A DNA stretch of 64,000 nt from an uncultured delta proteobacterium (GCA_963708295.1 CAVPSJ010000004.1:896001-960000), one strand, 5' to 3'. Positions 51,593 to 63,358 are shown, counted from the first letter of the stretch. Notes: generated from the letters alone by a model not told the origin. Made by a program: numbers and translations.

Positions 51593-52407
51593 CAGTCTCT
51601 CCTCTTCAAAATATATTTATCAGTTCTTTTGTTCTTTCGGGTCTTCCTCTCCAGCACTCCCCACGGCGTACAGGGATGCCTCCCCCCGGAACTCTTTCCC
51701 TCGCCGCCGCCTAAGGGATGGTCGACGGGATTCATAGCGACTCCGCGAACCGTAGGCCTCCATCCCATCCAGCGATTTCTACCCGCTTTTCCCAAGGAGA
51801 TGTTTTCATGTTCAAGATTGCTGACCTGGCCAATGGTGGCATAGCAATCCTGAAGGATCAACCGGACTTCACCCGAGGGAAGTTTGACGTGGGCGTACTT
51901 TCCTTCCTTCGCCATCAGTTGGCCGGAGGCTCCCGCGCTCCGAATGATCTGCCCCCCTTTTCCCACCTTCAGCTCGATGTTGTGAATGAGCGTGCCGGTC
52001 GGAATATTGCGGAGGGGCAGGGCATTCCCGGGCCTGATATCCGCTGCCGCGCTTGCCATCACCTGCTCCCCAACCCGCAGTTGAGAGGGGGCGAGGATGT
52101 ACCGCTTCTCCCCGTCGCTATAGTGAAGCAAAGCAATCCGGGAGGATCGGTTCGGATCGTATTCGATGGAGGCGACCTTCGCCGGGATCTCCCGTTTGTT
52201 CCGTTTGAAGTCAATCACGCGATATTTTCGCTTGTGCCTTCCCCCCCGGTGCCAGGCGGTAACCCTTCCGTAACAGTTTCTCCCTCCCGTCCTTTTCAAC
52301 GGGCGAAGGAGACTTCTTTCCGGCGTCGTCGACGTGATTTCATCAAACTCGGAGATGGTCTGAGACCGTTTTCCGGGAGAGGTGGGTTTGAATTTTTTAA
52401 TAGCCAT
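51592..52407 (-). CDS. rplB: 50S ribosomal protein L2
   Basis: [25 protein letters not shown]. Confidence 0.98.
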   Translation of the reverse strand: MAIKKFKPTSPGKRSQTISEFDEITSTTPERSLLRPLKRTGGRNCYGRVTAWHRGGRHKRKYRVIDFKRNKREIPAKVASIEYDPNRSSRIALLHYSDGEKRYILAPSQLRVGEQVMASAAADIRPGNALPLRNIPTGTLIHNIELKVGKGGQIIRSAGASGQLMAKEGKYAHVKLPSGEVRLILQDCYATIGQVSNLEHENISLGKAGRNRWMGWRPTVRGVAMNPVDHPLGGGEGKSSGGRHPCTPWGVLERKTRKNKRTDKYILKRRD

Positions 52408-52421
52408 CTCTTAACTCCATC

Positions 52422-52574
52422 AAACTCGAAATTCTAAATCCGAAATCCTAAACAAATCCCAATGACCGAAATCCCAAACGTAAAACGGAAACACTGGCTC
52501 TTACTCTTATTTAGAACATTTGATATTTGAATGTTGAGCATTGTTTCGAAATTCGTGTTTAGGATTTAGAGTTT
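52422..52574. repeat. Heptamer-unit inverted-repeat hairpin (AAATCCG family) at the rplW-rplB junction
   Basis: AAACTCG AAATTCT AAATCCG AAATCCT AAACAAAT versus TTGTTT CGAAATT CGTGTTT AGGATTT AGAGTTT. Same family as 38542-38688. Confidence 0.8.
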
Positions 52575-52597
52575 CCCCTCGAATCCTTTCGAGGGGC

Positions 52598-52888
52598 TTA
52601 GGCTCCTTCGAAGAAATCGATCCGATCCCCTTCCTTCAGGGTGATGATGGCCTTTTTCCAATCCGGTCTCTTCCCGTATCTTTTCCCCAGCCGTTTTATT
52701 TTGCCCATGACGTTCGAGGTTCTGACCTGGAGGACCTTCACCTTAAAGAGACGTTCGACGGCGGCTTGAATCTCGATCTTGTTCGCATCCCGGTGAACTT
52801 CGAAGACGTATTGACCGCTTTCGTCTTTCTGCCGGGTGCTCTTTTCGGTAATCCAAGGCCTTCGGATAATTTTCTGCGGTTCCTTCAT
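52598..52888 (-). CDS. rplW: 50S ribosomal protein L23
   Basis: ITEKS, ANKIEI..AVE.LF, WKKAI. Confidence 0.97.
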   Translation of the reverse strand: MKEPQKIIRRPWITEKSTRQKDESGQYVFEVHRDANKIEIQAAVERLFKVKVLQVRTSNVMGKIKRLGKRYGKRPDWKKAIITLKEGDRIDFFEGA

Positions 52889-53508
52889 GATGCGAGTGCC
52901 CCTTCAATCTTTGCAACCGTTGGGCGGAGCAAAATCAAGTGTTCGTGGTTCAGGATATCGTAGGGTTTCAACCCGTCACAACGGAGGACCTCAATTCCAG
53001 GGATATTTCGAGCCGATCGCTCTAAATAAGGATAGCGTTCGTCCGTGACGATGAGGGCGTCTTCAACCTGAAATTTCTTCAGGACTTCAAGAACCTGGCG
53101 GGTCTTGAATCCTGCCAGCGGAAAATCGTGCAGGAGGATCAGTTTCCCTTCCTGATGCTTCAAACTGAGAGCGGCCCTGAGCGCTGCCCTCTTTACTTTC
53201 TTGGGAAGAGAGTAGGAATAGTCCCGCGGCATGGGACCGAAGATTGTCCCTCCCCCTCTCCAGAGAGGAGACCTTCGGGATCCTGCCCGGGCCCTTCCGG
53301 TTCCTTTTTGTCTCCAAGGTTTTGCCCCCCCGCCTCGGACAAGGGCCCTGTTCTTTGTAGCGGCCGTCCCCTTTCTCCGGGAAGCCAGGTCCTTTCGGAT
53401 GGCCTCATGAATAAGCGCAGGACTGACCGTTGCCTCGAAGATCCGGCCATCCAATTCGATGTCGCTCACTTTCTGATTTCCAATGTCATAGACGGCGAAT
53501 GTGGTCAT
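52885..53508 (-). CDS. rplD: 50S ribosomal protein L4
   Basis: [24 protein letters not shown]; start placed at MTTFAV. Confidence 0.96.
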   Translation of the reverse strand: MTTFAVYDIGNQKVSDIELDGRIFEATVSPALIHEAIRKDLASRRKGTAATKNRALVRGGGAKPWRQKGTGRARAGSRRSPLWRGGGTIFGPMPRDYSYSLPKKVKRAALRAALSLKHQEGKLILLHDFPLAGFKTRQVLEVLKKFQVEDALIVTDERYPYLERSARNIPGIEVLRCDGLKPYDILNHEHLILLRPTVAKIEGALAS

Positions 53509-53521
53509 CCCATTCCCTTTC

Positions 53522-54184
53522 TCAAGCCGATGGGGCAGCTGAAGCTTTCTTCTTCGTCGCACTCTGGACAAGAACCCACCCATTCGGGCTTCCTGGAACG
53601 CCTCCTTTGAGAAGGAGGAGGTTCTGATCCTCTTTGATATCCACAACCTTGATGTTTTGTAACGTGACTCTCCGGTTTCCCATATGCCCTGGCATCCTTA
53701 ACCCTTTGAAGGTATGGTGTGGATAGCTGTTCGAACCGACGGAGCCTCCATGACGGAAATATTCATGAGTTCCATGAGATCCAGGAGACCCGTGAAATTT
53801 ATGGCGTTTGATTACTCCTGCAAACCCTCTCCCTTTGCTGAGGCCGGTCACATCCACTACATCACCGGGCTTGAATAGATTCACGGTCACTTCCTGGCCT
53901 AACTCATACTTTCCTGAATCCTCCACACGGAACTCCTTGACCGTATAAAAAGCTCCTTTTCCTGCTTTCTTAAAATGGCCGGAAAGAGGTTTATTCACCC
54001 TCTGGCTATTCTTCGGAAGGAAACCGAGCTGAAGGGCGTGATAGCCATCCGTCTCCTTGGTTTTCTTCTGAATCACTGAGCAAGGGCCGACTTCGATGAC
54101 AGTCGCCGGCATGACGGAGCCATCTTCGAGGAAGACTTGAGTCATCCCTAATTTTCTCCCGATGATTCCTAGAGTCCTGTTCAT
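53522..54184 (-). CDS. rplC: 50S ribosomal protein L3
   Basis: [26 protein letters not shown]. Confidence 0.97.
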   Translation of the reverse strand: MNRTLGIIGRKLGMTQVFLEDGSVMPATVIEVGPCSVIQKKTKETDGYHALQLGFLPKNSQRVNKPLSGHFKKAGKGAFYTVKEFRVEDSGKYELGQEVTVNLFKPGDVVDVTGLSKGRGFAGVIKRHKFHGSPGSHGTHEYFRHGGSVGSNSYPHHTFKGLRMPGHMGNRRVTLQNIKVVDIKEDQNLLLLKGGVPGSPNGWVLVQSATKKKASAAPSA

Positions 54185-54235
54185 TGTTTTCCGTCCCAAA
54201 TCTTTCCTCCCATCGTTCAGGAGGAAACAAAGAAA

Positions 54236-54544
54236 TTATAATTTGATCTCCACATCGATTCCGGCTGCCAGGTCGAGCTTCATCAATGCATCCACCGTCT
54301 GCTGGGTTGGCTCCAGAATATCCAGAAGACGCTTATGGGTCCGAATCTCGAACTGCTCTCTGGATTTTTTATCCACATGAGGAGATCGCAGTACGCAATA
54401 TTTGTTGATCTTGGTCGGAAGAGGGATGGGCCCTGCCACGCTCGCTCCCGTTCGGCGAACCGTGTCGACGATCTCGGCCGTCGACTTGTCCAGAAGTTTA
54501 TGATCATAAGATTTTAAACAGACCCTGATCTTCTGAGTTGTCAT
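54236..54544 (-). CDS. rpsJ: 30S ribosomal protein S10
   Basis: [21 protein letters not shown]. Confidence 0.98.
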   Translation of the reverse strand: MTTQKIRVCLKSYDHKLLDKSTAEIVDTVRRTGASVAGPIPLPTKINKYCVLRSPHVDKKSREQFEIRTHKRLLDILEPTQQTVDALMKLDLAAGIDVEIKL

Positions 54545-54566
54545 GTCAAAGCCCCTCTCCTTATTA

Positions 54567-55766
54567 TTATTCGAGGACATCGCTGATGACGCCTGCACCA
54601 ACCGTACGGCCTCCCTCCCGAATCGCAAACCGCAACTCCTTTTCCATCGCGATCGGCGTGATCAACTCAATCGTCAACGAAACATTGTCCCCGGGCATCA
54701 CCATCTCCACCCCCTCCGGCAATGCCGCCACTCCCGTCACATCCGTCGTCCGAAAGTAAAACTGAGGCCGATACCCGTTGAAAAACGGCGTATGCCGACC
54801 CCCTTCCTCCTTCGTCAAGATATACGCCTCCGCCTTAAACTTCCGATGGGGCGTGATCGACCCAGGCTTGGCCACCACCTGTCCCCGCTCCACTTCCTCT
54901 CGCTTCGTCCCTCGCAACAACACCCCAATGTTATCCCCAGCCTGCCCCTGATCCAGCGTCTTCCGAAACATCTCCACTCCCGTACACACCGTCTTCACCG
55001 TCGGCCGAATCCCCACCACCTCCACCTCATCTCCCACCTTGACCACCCCTCGCTCCGCTCGCCCCGTCACCACCGTCCCTCGCCCCGAAATCGTAAACAC
55101 ATCCTCCACCGGCAACAAAAACGGCTTGTCTATCTCCCGAACCGGCTCCGGAATAAACGTGTCCACCGCATCCATCAGCTTCCATATCCCGCTGCACCAC
55201 TGACAGTCCGGCTTCCCACACCCACACTCCAACGCCTTCAGCGCACTGCCCCGAATCACCGGAGAACTCTCCCCAGGAAAATCATACCCCGATAACAACT
55301 CCCTCACCTCCAACTCCACCAAATCCAATAACTCCGGATCCTCCACCATGTCCACCTTGTTCAAAAACACCACAATATACGGCACCCGAACCTGCTTCGC
55401 CAATAACACATGCTCTCGCGTCTGAGGCATCGGCCCGTCCGCCGCCGATACCACCAAAATCGTCCCGTCCATCTGCGCCGCACCCGTAATCATATTCTTG
55501 ATATAGTCCGCATGCCCCGGACAATCAATGTGCGCATAATGACGCTTCGCCGTCTCATATTCCACATGCGCAATCGCGATCGTCAAACCCCGCTCCTTCT
55601 CCTCCGGCGCCTTGTCTATCTGATCAAACGCCATGTAGGAGGCCCACTTCTTCGTCGCCAATACCTTCGTGATCGCTGAGGTCAACGTCGTCTTCCCATG
55701 ATCCACATGACCAATCGTCCCGATGTTCACATGCGGCTTTGTCCTCTCATACTTCGGCTTCGACAT
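54567..55766 (-). CDS. tuf: Elongation factor Tu
   Basis: [32 protein letters not shown]. Confidence 0.99.
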   Translation of the reverse strand: MSKPKYERTKPHVNIGTIGHVDHGKTTLTSAITKVLATKKWASYMAFDQIDKAPEEKERGLTIAIAHVEYETAKRHYAHIDCPGHADYIKNMITGAAQMDGTILVVSAADGPMPQTREHVLLAKQVRVPYIVVFLNKVDMVEDPELLDLVELEVRELLSGYDFPGESSPVIRGSALKALECGCGKPDCQWCSGIWKLMDAVDTFIPEPVREIDKPFLLPVEDVFTISGRGTVVTGRAERGVVKVGDEVEVVGIRPTVKTVCTGVEMFRKTLDQGQAGDNIGVLLRGTKREEVERGQVVAKPGSITPHRKFKAEAYILTKEEGGRHTPFFNGYRPQFYFRTTDVTGVAALPEGVEMVMPGDNVSLTIELITPIAMEKELRFAIREGGRTVGAGVISDVLE

Positions 55767-55799
55767 GGCTCAAACCCTCCTTTAGCTTTTGGGGTGCGC

Positions 55800-57881
55800 T
55801 CAAGCGACCCTCTTCAACTGGGAAAGGATCTCCTCACTCACAGATGCTGGAACCGGGCTATAATGAGAGAATTGCAGAGTAAAGGTTGCCCTTCCCTGGG
55901 TAAGGGACCGAAGGTCCGTAGCATATCCGAACATATTGGCCAGGGGGGCGTCCCCAACAATCACATTGGTTCCCCCGCGATATTCCACTTTTGTTGTTTT
56001 GCCTCTCCTGGAGGTAAGGTCTGCCACGACCTGGCCCATGAACTCCTCCGGAGTAATAATTTCAATGGACATCAATGGCTCGAGAAGGATGGGGTGGGCT
56101 TGGCGAACCCCTTCCTTGAAACCCATCGAACCGGCAATTTTAAATGCCATTTCAGAAGAGTCCACATCATGGTACGAGCCGTCAATCAGGGTCACCTTGA
56201 TATCGACCATGGGATAACCTGCCAACACTCCTCTCTCCATGGCTTCGAGCACACCCTTCTGGACGGCGGGAATATACTCGCGAGGAATCGCTCCTCCGAC
56301 AATCCGACTGACAAATTCAAAGCCTTTGCCCGGCACCTGGGGCTCGAGGGTCAACCAGACATGACCGTACTGACCTCTCCCGCCTGACTGGCGAATAAAT
56401 CGACCTTCTGCTTTCACCCCCTTGGTGATCGTTTCTCGATAAGCCACCTGAGGTTTCCCGACACTGGCATCCACTTTGAATTCCCTGAGGAGTCGATCCA
56501 CGATAATCTCAAGATGGAGTTCCCCCATTCCTGAAATGATGGTTTGGCCTGATTCCTCATCTGTCTTCACCTTGAAGGAAGGATCTTCAAGAGTCAATTT
56601 CTGCAGGGAAATCCCGAGCTTATCAATATCCCCTTTTGTCTTCGGCTCAATCGCAATTGAGATTACCGGGTTAGGGAAGGTCATGGCCTCGAGAATGATC
56701 GGCTGTTTCTCACTACAGATCGTATCTCCCGTGGTGGTATATTTCATGCCGACGGCGGCAAAGATGTCCCCCGCTGTTACTTCTTGGATCTCTTCGCGTT
56801 TATTCGCGTGCATTTTGAGCAGGCGGCCGATCCGTTCCCGTTTTCCTTTGATGGAGTTAAAAACGGAATCGCCGGACTTCAATGAGCCCGAATAAATTCG
56901 AAAGAAAGTCAACTGTCCGGTATAAGGATCGCTCATGATTTTAAAGGCCAAAGCCGAGAGCGGGTGACCGTTATTGGCGGAAAAGGCAAGTTCTTTTCCT
57001 TGAGCATCGAACCCCTTCACGGGAGGGACATCAAGAGGGGAAGGGAGATAGTTAATAATGGCATCGAGGAGAGGTTGAACCCCCTTATTCCGAAAAGCAG
57101 AACCACAGAGAACCGGGATTCCTTTCAACCGGAGGGTAGTTTCTCTCAGACCCTTCCTGATTTCTTCCTCTGTGACATCTTGGCCATCGATAAACTTCTC
57201 CATAAGATAGTCGTTTTGTTCTGCCAGCTTTTCGACAAGATACTCCCTTGCGACGGAGGCTTCCCCGAGATAGGTCTCCGGAATTTTCACCACCTCATAG
57301 TTTGCCCCAAGGCTATGGGGATCATAGACGATGGCCTTCATGGTGACGAGATCGATCACCCCTTGAAAATCATTTTCCTTTCCAAGAGGAAGCTGGATTG
57401 GCAAAGGGGTCGTCTTAAGACGATCCACCATCATCTGAAGACATCCCTGAAAGTTTGCGCCGACGCGATCCATCTTATTGATAAAAGCGATCCTCGGAAT
57501 CTGATATTTATCGGCTTGTCTCCACACGGTTTCCGATTGAGGCTCCACGCCTCCCACGGCGCAGAAGACCGCCACGGCTCCGTCGAGGACGCGAAGGGAT
57601 CGTTCGACCTCTATCGTGAAATCCACATGACCGGGAGTGTCGATGATATTGATCCGGTGATCTTTCCAGAAGCAAGTGGTCGCAGCCGAAGTGATCGTAA
57701 TTCCTCGCTCTTTTTCCTGCTCCATCCAATCCATGGTCGCGGACCCTTGATCCACTTCCCCGATCTTGTAGGTCACGCCGGTATAGTAAAGAATCCGTTC
57801 CGTGGTCGTCGTCTTGCCGGCGTCAATGTGGGCCATGATGCCGATGTTTCTTGTCTGTTCTTTCAATAATTCGTTTGCCAC
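55800..57881 (-). CDS. fusA: Elongation factor G
   Basis: [33 protein letters not shown]. Confidence 0.99.
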   Translation of the reverse strand: MANELLKEQTRNIGIMAHIDAGKTTTTERILYYTGVTYKIGEVDQGSATMDWMEQEKERGITITSAATTCFWKDHRINIIDTPGHVDFTIEVERSLRVLDGAVAVFCAVGGVEPQSETVWRQADKYQIPRIAFINKMDRVGANFQGCLQMMVDRLKTTPLPIQLPLGKENDFQGVIDLVTMKAIVYDPHSLGANYEVVKIPETYLGEASVAREYLVEKLAEQNDYLMEKFIDGQDVTEEEIRKGLRETTLRLKGIPVLCGSAFRNKGVQPLLDAIINYLPSPLDVPPVKGFDAQGKELAFSANNGHPLSALAFKIMSDPYTGQLTFFRIYSGSLKSGDSVFNSIKGKRERIGRLLKMHANKREEIQEVTAGDIFAAVGMKYTTTGDTICSEKQPIILEAMTFPNPVISIAIEPKTKGDIDKLGISLQKLTLEDPSFKVKTDEESGQTIISGMGELHLEIIVDRLLREFKVDASVGKPQVAYRETITKGVKAEGRFIRQSGGRGQYGHVWLTLEPQVPGKGFEFVSRIVGGAIPREYIPAVQKGVLEAMERGVLAGYPMVDIKVTLIDGSYHDVDSSEMAFKIAGSMGFKEGVRQAHPILLEPLMSIEIITPEEFMGQVVADLTSRRGKTTKVEYRGGTNVIVGDAPLANMFGYATDLRSLTQGRATFTLQFSHYSPVPASVSEEILSQLKRVA

Positions 57882-57892
57882 AAATTAACCTC

Positions 57893-58363
57893 TTACCACC
57901 GGTAATGGGCAAAAGCCTTATTGGCTTCAGCCATTTTATGGGTATCTTCTTTCTTTTTAATGGCGGCCCCCCGGTTATTGGCTGCATCCATCAATTCTGC
58001 CGAAAGCTTCTCCTCCATCGTCTTTTCGGATCGCTGTTTTGAGAAGCCGATGATCCAACGGATGGCCAAAGCAAGTTTTCTTTCCGGCCTGACTTCTACC
58101 GGGACCTGATAAGTGGCTCCTCCCACTCTTCTGGGTCTCACCTCAATCAGGGGTTTCACGTTGTTCATCGCTTGGCTGAAAACTTTCGCCGGGTCTGAAT
58201 GAGTCTTTTCTTTGATGATTTCAAGGGCCTGATAAAAAATCCCTTCTGCCGAGCTCTTCTTTCCGCGGCGCATGATCCCGTTGATGAATTTTGCGGTCAG
58301 CGTATCGTGATATTTCGGGTCGGGCAATACTTCCCTTTTTTTGACTTCTCTTTTTCTGGGCAT
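57893..58363 (-). CDS. rpsG: 30S ribosomal protein S7
   Basis: [24 protein letters not shown]. Confidence 0.98.
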   Translation of the reverse strand: MPRKREVKKREVLPDPKYHDTLTAKFINGIMRRGKKSSAEGIFYQALEIIKEKTHSDPAKVFSQAMNNVKPLIEVRPRRVGGATYQVPVEVRPERKLALAIRWIIGFSKQRSEKTMEEKLSAELMDAANNRGAAIKKKEDTHKMAEANKAFAHYRW

Positions 58364-58412
58364 AAAAGCTCCTTCTTCCTGGCTGATGGATGGGTTGGGA
58401 AGAGAAGTTTAG

Positions 58413-58784
58413 CTATTTGGGTTTTTTTGCTCCGTATTTGGAGCGGCTCTGTTTACGGTCCTGGACGCCTACGGAGTCCAAGGTGCCACGGATGATGTGG
58501 TACCGAACCCCCGGAAGGTCTTTGACCCTTCCTCCTCGAATGAGAACGACGGAGTGTTCCTGAAGGTTATGGCCGACCCCTGGAATGTAGGTGGTTACCT
58601 CGATTCCATTGGTCAATCTCACTCGAGCAACTTTTCGAAGAGCGGAATTAGGTTTCTTGGGAGTGGTTGTGTAAACTCGAATACAAACCCCTCTTTTTTG
58701 AGGGGATCCCGTAAGAGCAGGGGCAGAAGTCTTACTCTTGGTGCCTTTCCTTCCTTCGCGAACCAGTTGACTAATCGTAGGCAT
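58413..58784 (-). CDS. rpsL: 30S ribosomal protein S12
   Basis: [29 protein letters not shown]. Confidence 0.98.
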   Translation of the reverse strand: MPTISQLVREGRKGTKSKTSAPALTGSPQKRGVCIRVYTTTPKKPNSALRKVARVRLTNGIEVTTYIPGVGHNLQEHSVVLIRGGRVKDLPGVRYHIIRGTLDSVGVQDRKQSRSKYGAKKPK

Positions 58785-58871
58785 TAATGACCTCATTTAT
58801 CAAAAATTAATTATTTCAGCAGGTTAAAAATTAAAAAAAAATTATGAGTAATTTAAGGGAAAAACTTAATA

Positions 58872-58900
58872 AATTTATCAGATTTTTTTCCATTTGTCAA
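58872..58900 (-). promoter_or_regulatory. Sigma70 promoter of the str operon
   Basis: TTGACA (58900-58895)-N17-TAAATT with TG extension, in an AT-rich intergenic region. Confidence 0.65.
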
Positions 58901-59074
58901 TATCTTTTTTTGATTTTTGATGAAAAGTTAAGACAATTTGATGAAAAAGATGGCAGAGAGCAGAAAATCTATGATCCCGCCTGGTCTTTAATGAACGGTT
59001 AGAGATAAAAATACGTTCTTATTCATCTAACTCATTGAAATTATAATCAATCTTAGATTCTGCGCACAAAAAAC

Positions 59075-60418
59075 TTAATCTCCGGAAGATCGGGTTTCTG
59101 GCATGTAGCTTTCAATTCTTGCTGCCACACTGGCTGAAGCTTTTTCTCTCCCCTCTCTGACCTCCCACACCGGAACGATAGGAAAGACCTTTGTAAACAG
59201 GGCATAAAGGAGCATGAAGAGGGAGATGCAGCCTGCCAGGATCGACCACTCCACCCAGGTGGGAACGTAAAAGGCCCCCTCTACGGGCATTCTCTGTCTT
59301 GTCAACGTCGGGACGATAATGACGAACCTTTCCAACCACATTCCCAAAACGATCGAGATCGAAGCAATGACCGTTCCTGGGATAGTTCGATATTTCCTGA
59401 TGGCAAGAATCGGCAAAGGAATGACGAAACACAAGGTAAAGTGGAGCCAGAAGAGAGGTGCAAACTTTCCGGATATCTTCGACCAGAAAATGGCCATATG
59501 AACCGGCTCGTTTCCATAAACGACCGTGATATACTCTGCGAAGGTGAAATAAAACCATAGGAGAGTCATCGCCATCAGGAAGATGCCGATATTATTAAAG
59601 TGAATTGGCTTGATGTAGCTTTCGAGATGATAGGCCTTCCGAAGTATGGCCATCACGACAATCACACTCGCCACCCCCGAAAAGATGGCGCCGACGACGA
59701 AGTAGGGACCGAAGACTGCGCTGTGCCATAACGGCTGAATGGTCATGGCAAAAACAAAAGAGACGACGGTATGAACGGTGATCATCACCGGTATGACGAG
59801 AACCGACACAAACCCGATTGCCTTATCCAGACGACGATGTTCCTCCTCCGTGCCTCTCCACCCTAACGAGAGGATGCGGTAGAACCATTCCCTTCTGCCC
59901 CCAAGGTCCCTCAGCATCGCAATATCCGGAATGAGGGCGAGATAGAGGGAGATGGAGCTGACGGTCAAGTAAGTGGTAATGCTGCAGACGTCCCATAGCA
60001 AGGGGGAGGTGAAATGGGCATACCGGATGGCATAAAGCATTCGATCGGGTCTTCCCAGATCGATTAGGACACTTCCGACACCAAACATCAGAATGAAGAC
60101 CGTGGTGAGTTCAGAAAGCCGGCTGATCGGCCTCCGCCATTCTGCTTTGAGGACGCGGAGCACGGCTGAGATGAATGTCCCGGCATGACTGATCCCGATG
60201 AAAAAGACGAAGTCGGTAATATAGACGCCCCAGAAGATCTGCCTGGATAGTCCAGTCACACCTAGTCCCGTTCGATATTGCGTCACATAAGCATAAAGCC
60301 CCCAGAAAACAAGGGCGCCCAGAATCGAAATGGTGATATAAAAACCTTTCCCCGTTTTCCAGATATGCTCAAACAGGACGCTGTCTTCTCCGATGATCTT
60401 CTGTCTTTTATCAATCAT
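59075..60418 (-). CDS. NrfD/PsrC family integral membrane protein in the dsrP position (ActC-like motifs)
   Basis: WGVYITDFVFFIGISHAGTFISA, IDLGRPDR, SPLLWD, GAIFSG, GMWLERF; downstream of dsrO. Confidence 0.85.
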   Translation of the reverse strand: MIDKRQKIIGEDSVLFEHIWKTGKGFYITISILGALVFWGLYAYVTQYRTGLGVTGLSRQIFWGVYITDFVFFIGISHAGTFISAVLRVLKAEWRRPISRLSELTTVFILMFGVGSVLIDLGRPDRMLYAIRYAHFTSPLLWDVCSITTYLTVSSISLYLALIPDIAMLRDLGGRREWFYRILSLGWRGTEEEHRRLDKAIGFVSVLVIPVMITVHTVVSFVFAMTIQPLWHSAVFGPYFVVGAIFSGVASVIVVMAILRKAYHLESYIKPIHFNNIGIFLMAMTLLWFYFTFAEYITVVYGNEPVHMAIFWSKISGKFAPLFWLHFTLCFVIPLPILAIRKYRTIPGTVIASISIVLGMWLERFVIIVPTLTRQRMPVEGAFYVPTWVEWSILAGCISLFMLLYALFTKVFPIVPVWEVREGREKASASVAARIESYMPETRSSGD

Positions 60419-60433
60419 AAGCGCCCAATCAAA

Positions 60434-60528
60434 ACTGGAGTGATGGAATACTGGAATAATGGAGTATTGGGAAAAAATTTAATTAGTCACTACCGATTTT
60501 TCCAATACTCCAATACTCCAATACTCCA
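60434..60528. repeat. Octamer-unit inverted-repeat hairpin (TGGAGTAT/ATACTCCA) at the dsrO-nrfD junction
   Basis: TGGAGTGA TGGAATAC TGGAATAA TGGAGTAT versus (ATACTCCA)x3. Confidence 0.8.
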
Positions 60529-60540
60529 TCTACCCGTCTG

Positions 60541-61317
60541 TTACAGGATGTAATAAATTTTCGGCTTCGTTCCCAGCTCCGGCATTCGCTGATAAAGGGT
60601 CTTGAACTTAAGCACTTCCCGAATCTCTGATTTAGGATCCTTCAAATCGCCAAAGACCAGGGCTTTCTCTTTACAGGCCTCAACACAGGCGGGGATCAAG
60701 CCCTGGGCTAACCTTTCCACGCAGAAATTGCATTTCTCCACCACCCCCCGGGTCCTTGTTGGAAAATCGAGGTTTACTTTCTTGATGAAGGGCCGCGGAT
60801 CTCTCCAGTTGAAACTTCTTGATCCGTAGGGGCAGCCCGCCATGCAGTACCTGCAGCCGATGCACCGATGGAAATCCATCATGACGATGCCGTCTTCTCT
60901 TCTCCAGGTCGCCCGGGTGGGGCAGAACTTGACGCAGGGCGGATTGTCGCATTGATTGCAGAGCAACATCACGGGCTTCTGCTGATAGTCCTCTTGGGTT
61001 ACCTCAAACTCATGTTCGGGGAAGACATTCTCATAAGGCGCCTTCCAGATCCATTTGATCTCTTCTTTCAGGGTCCCCATATCGGGCACATTATGGATGC
61101 GGTGGCAGGCATCGATGCAATCCCTGCAGCCCTCCTCTTTCCAGCATTTGCGGACATAAGTCCCCATCCCCCATCGCTTCCGGGCCAAGGTTTCCGCATC
61201 CGGAGAGGGCTCGGCCGGCTCTTCCTTCGAAAAGACCTGCCAGCCGGGCTTGACCGAAAGACCGAGCAGGGTTAATCCTGCAACCTTCAGAAGTCCTCTT
61301 CGATCAAAATCCATCAC
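60541..61317 (-). CDS. dsrO: DsrO, periplasmic 4Fe-4S protein with TAT signal
   Basis: DRRGLLK; CIDACH..HNVP, CNQCDNPPCV..CP, CIGCRYCMAGCPY, KCNFC. Confidence 0.93.
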   Translation of the reverse strand: MMDFDRRGLLKVAGLTLLGLSVKPGWQVFSKEEPAEPSPDAETLARKRWGMGTYVRKCWKEEGCRDCIDACHRIHNVPDMGTLKEEIKWIWKAPYENVFPEHEFEVTQEDYQQKPVMLLCNQCDNPPCVKFCPTRATWRREDGIVMMDFHRCIGCRYCMAGCPYGSRSFNWRDPRPFIKKVNLDFPTRTRGVVEKCNFCVERLAQGLIPACVEACKEKALVFGDLKDPKSEIREVLKFKTLYQRMPELGTKPKIYYIL

Positions 61318-61712
61318 GATGGTTTCTCCTCAAGCTGTTTCGGATAAATGTGGCAGTCCCAGCATTTATTCGTCACGCCTGCATAATTGTGACACTGGTC
61401 GCAAAACTCAGCCTTGTCCTTGTGGCAGTTCATACAGGTGCGGTTGAGACTCATGGTGTACGTTTTCTTATTCTGTGCGACGTAGGTCTTCCCGGCGTTC
61501 CGAACCACCGAGTTTCTCCAATCTTCGAGCAACGTCTTGTGGTTGATGCGAATGACATCTTTGGGTTCGATACACTCCTTTTTGTCGGCCGGAAGCTTGG
61601 GTTTAGGGACGTAATTCGATTTCCCGCTTGCCAGATTATGCCAGACCGGATAGGTGACTAACCCGAGGAAGAGGATCAGCCCCGGAATGATCTTCTTGCC
61701 GTCATACAGCAT
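61314..61712 (-). CDS. dsrJ: DsrJ triheme cytochrome c
   Basis: CMNCH, CDQCH, CWDCH, plus the N-terminal C..H and WR.SVVR motif. Confidence 0.93.
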   Translation of the reverse strand: MLYDGKKIIPGLILFLGLVTYPVWHNLASGKSNYVPKPKLPADKKECIEPKDVIRINHKTLLEDWRNSVVRNAGKTYVAQNKKTYTMSLNRTCMNCHKDKAEFCDQCHNYAGVTNKCWDCHIYPKQLEEKPS

Positions 61713-61724
61713 TGTTTTTCCCCC

Positions 61725-63356
61725 TCACCCTCCCCTCTCCCCCGGCGGGGAGAGGGAGACAGAAGAATCAAGGGGCTCACCCCGAAGATTGGTCGTTCTT
61801 TCCTTTTCCCCTTTGACGACCAGAGCATTCCCGACCAGCTCGTGGACGCCTCCTACCTCCACCCCGGGAACCCAATATTCCAGAAGGGGAGGAAGGGTTG
61901 CCTTGTCAATGGCACAGATACAGGACAGGAAATTCACGCCATACTCCCCTTGGACATACTTGACCGCATTGGCTCTCGGGAACCCCCCCCGTAAACGCAT
62001 CTCCATATTTTCATCCGAGCCCAGCCCCGAGCCGCTCCCGCAGCAGAAAGTCCTCTCCCGAATTGTGTTTTCCGGCATTTCGTAAAACTCCGGGCACACG
62101 TTCCGGAGAATAAACCGGGGTTCCTCAAGCAGGCCCATGCCGCGTGAGATGTTACAGGAATCGTGGTAGGTCACTTTCCATTTTGCGTTTCTGCTTGGGT
62201 CGAATTTCAATCGATTGTTCTTGATCAGGTCGGCCGTAAATTCACAGATGTGGACCATTTTGGTCGATTTTGCATGGTCAAAGGCCGTCTTGGTGATGGG
62301 GGAAACAGGCGCCTCCAGAAAATCTGCGGGACCGTTGAAGGTATCCATATATTGGTGAATCACCCTCCACATGTGACCGCACTCTCCCCCGAGGATCCAT
62401 TTGACTCCCAGCCTCTTGGCTTCGCTGTAGATTTTGGCATTGAGCCGCTTGGCCAGCTCCGCGGAGTGAAAGAAGCCAAAATTCCCTCCCTCCGAGGCAT
62501 AAGAGCTCCAGGTGTAGTCGAGGCCAATTTCGTGAAAGAGGAGGAGGTAACCCAGAAACGTATACCAATGAGGACTGCCAAAATAGTCGGCAGAAGGGGA
62601 GACAAAGAGAATCTCAGCTCCTTTCCGGTTGATAGGGACTTCCACCTGAACCCCCGTGATGTCTTTGACTTCGTCCACGGCAAAGTCCACGGTTGACTTG
62701 AAGGCATTCGGAGGAATGCCCAGATGATTTCCTGTGCGGTAACAATTCGATGCCGGTTCCAGCACCCAATTGATATTGCAGCCCAGAAGATTGAGGAGCT
62801 CCCGGGCCATCATCGTAATCTCGCAGGTATCGATGCCATAAGGACAGAAGACGGAGCAGCGACGGCACTCGGTACACTGGAAGAAATAATAAAACCATTC
62901 TTTCAGCACCTTCTCGGTAAGGTCCCGGGCTCCGGCATGCTTTCCGAGAACTTTTCCGGAAAGGGTGAAATATCTTCGGTAAACGGACCTCAGAAGCTCG
63001 GACCTGAGGACGGGCATGTTCTTCGGATCCCCGGATCCGATAAAAAAATGACATTTATCCGCGCAGGCGCCGCATCGCACGCAGATGTCGAGAAAGAGCT
63101 GAAAAGACCGGTAGCGCTTCAGGCGGTCTTTCATCCCTTTTAAGACGGTCTCTTTCCAGTTCTCCGGGAGTTTCCAGTCCCCCTCCGCGGGCTGCCATTC
63201 CCTCGGGTTCGGGAGATCGAGATACTTCTCATGTTTGGAGGCTGCGGGGTAGCAGTAGGTTCCTTTTCTGAACTCCACCGCGGATTCCATCCAGCTCCGG
63301 GCAGGAGGGGTGTAATCGATCTCAAGAGGTTTGTCTTTTCCACTCTCTTCGGGCAT
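61725..63356 (-). CDS. dsrK: DsrK, HdrD-like Fe-S subunit
   Basis: CVRCGACADKC, CTECRRCSVFCPYGIDT, GGECGH, HDSCN, FCCGSG; start placed at MPEESG. Confidence 0.95.
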   Translation of the reverse strand: MPEESGKDKPLEIDYTPPARSWMESAVEFRKGTYCYPAASKHEKYLDLPNPREWQPAEGDWKLPENWKETVLKGMKDRLKRYRSFQLFLDICVRCGACADKCHFFIGSGDPKNMPVLRSELLRSVYRRYFTLSGKVLGKHAGARDLTEKVLKEWFYYFFQCTECRRCSVFCPYGIDTCEITMMARELLNLLGCNINWVLEPASNCYRTGNHLGIPPNAFKSTVDFAVDEVKDITGVQVEVPINRKGAEILFVSPSADYFGSPHWYTFLGYLLLFHEIGLDYTWSSYASEGGNFGFFHSAELAKRLNAKIYSEAKRLGVKWILGGECGHMWRVIHQYMDTFNGPADFLEAPVSPITKTAFDHAKSTKMVHICEFTADLIKNNRLKFDPSRNAKWKVTYHDSCNISRGMGLLEEPRFILRNVCPEFYEMPENTIRERTFCCGSGSGLGSDENMEMRLRGGFPRANAVKYVQGEYGVNFLSCICAIDKATLPPLLEYWVPGVEVGGVHELVGNALVVKGEKERTTNLRGEPLDSSVSLSPPGERGG

Positions 63357-63358
63357 AT

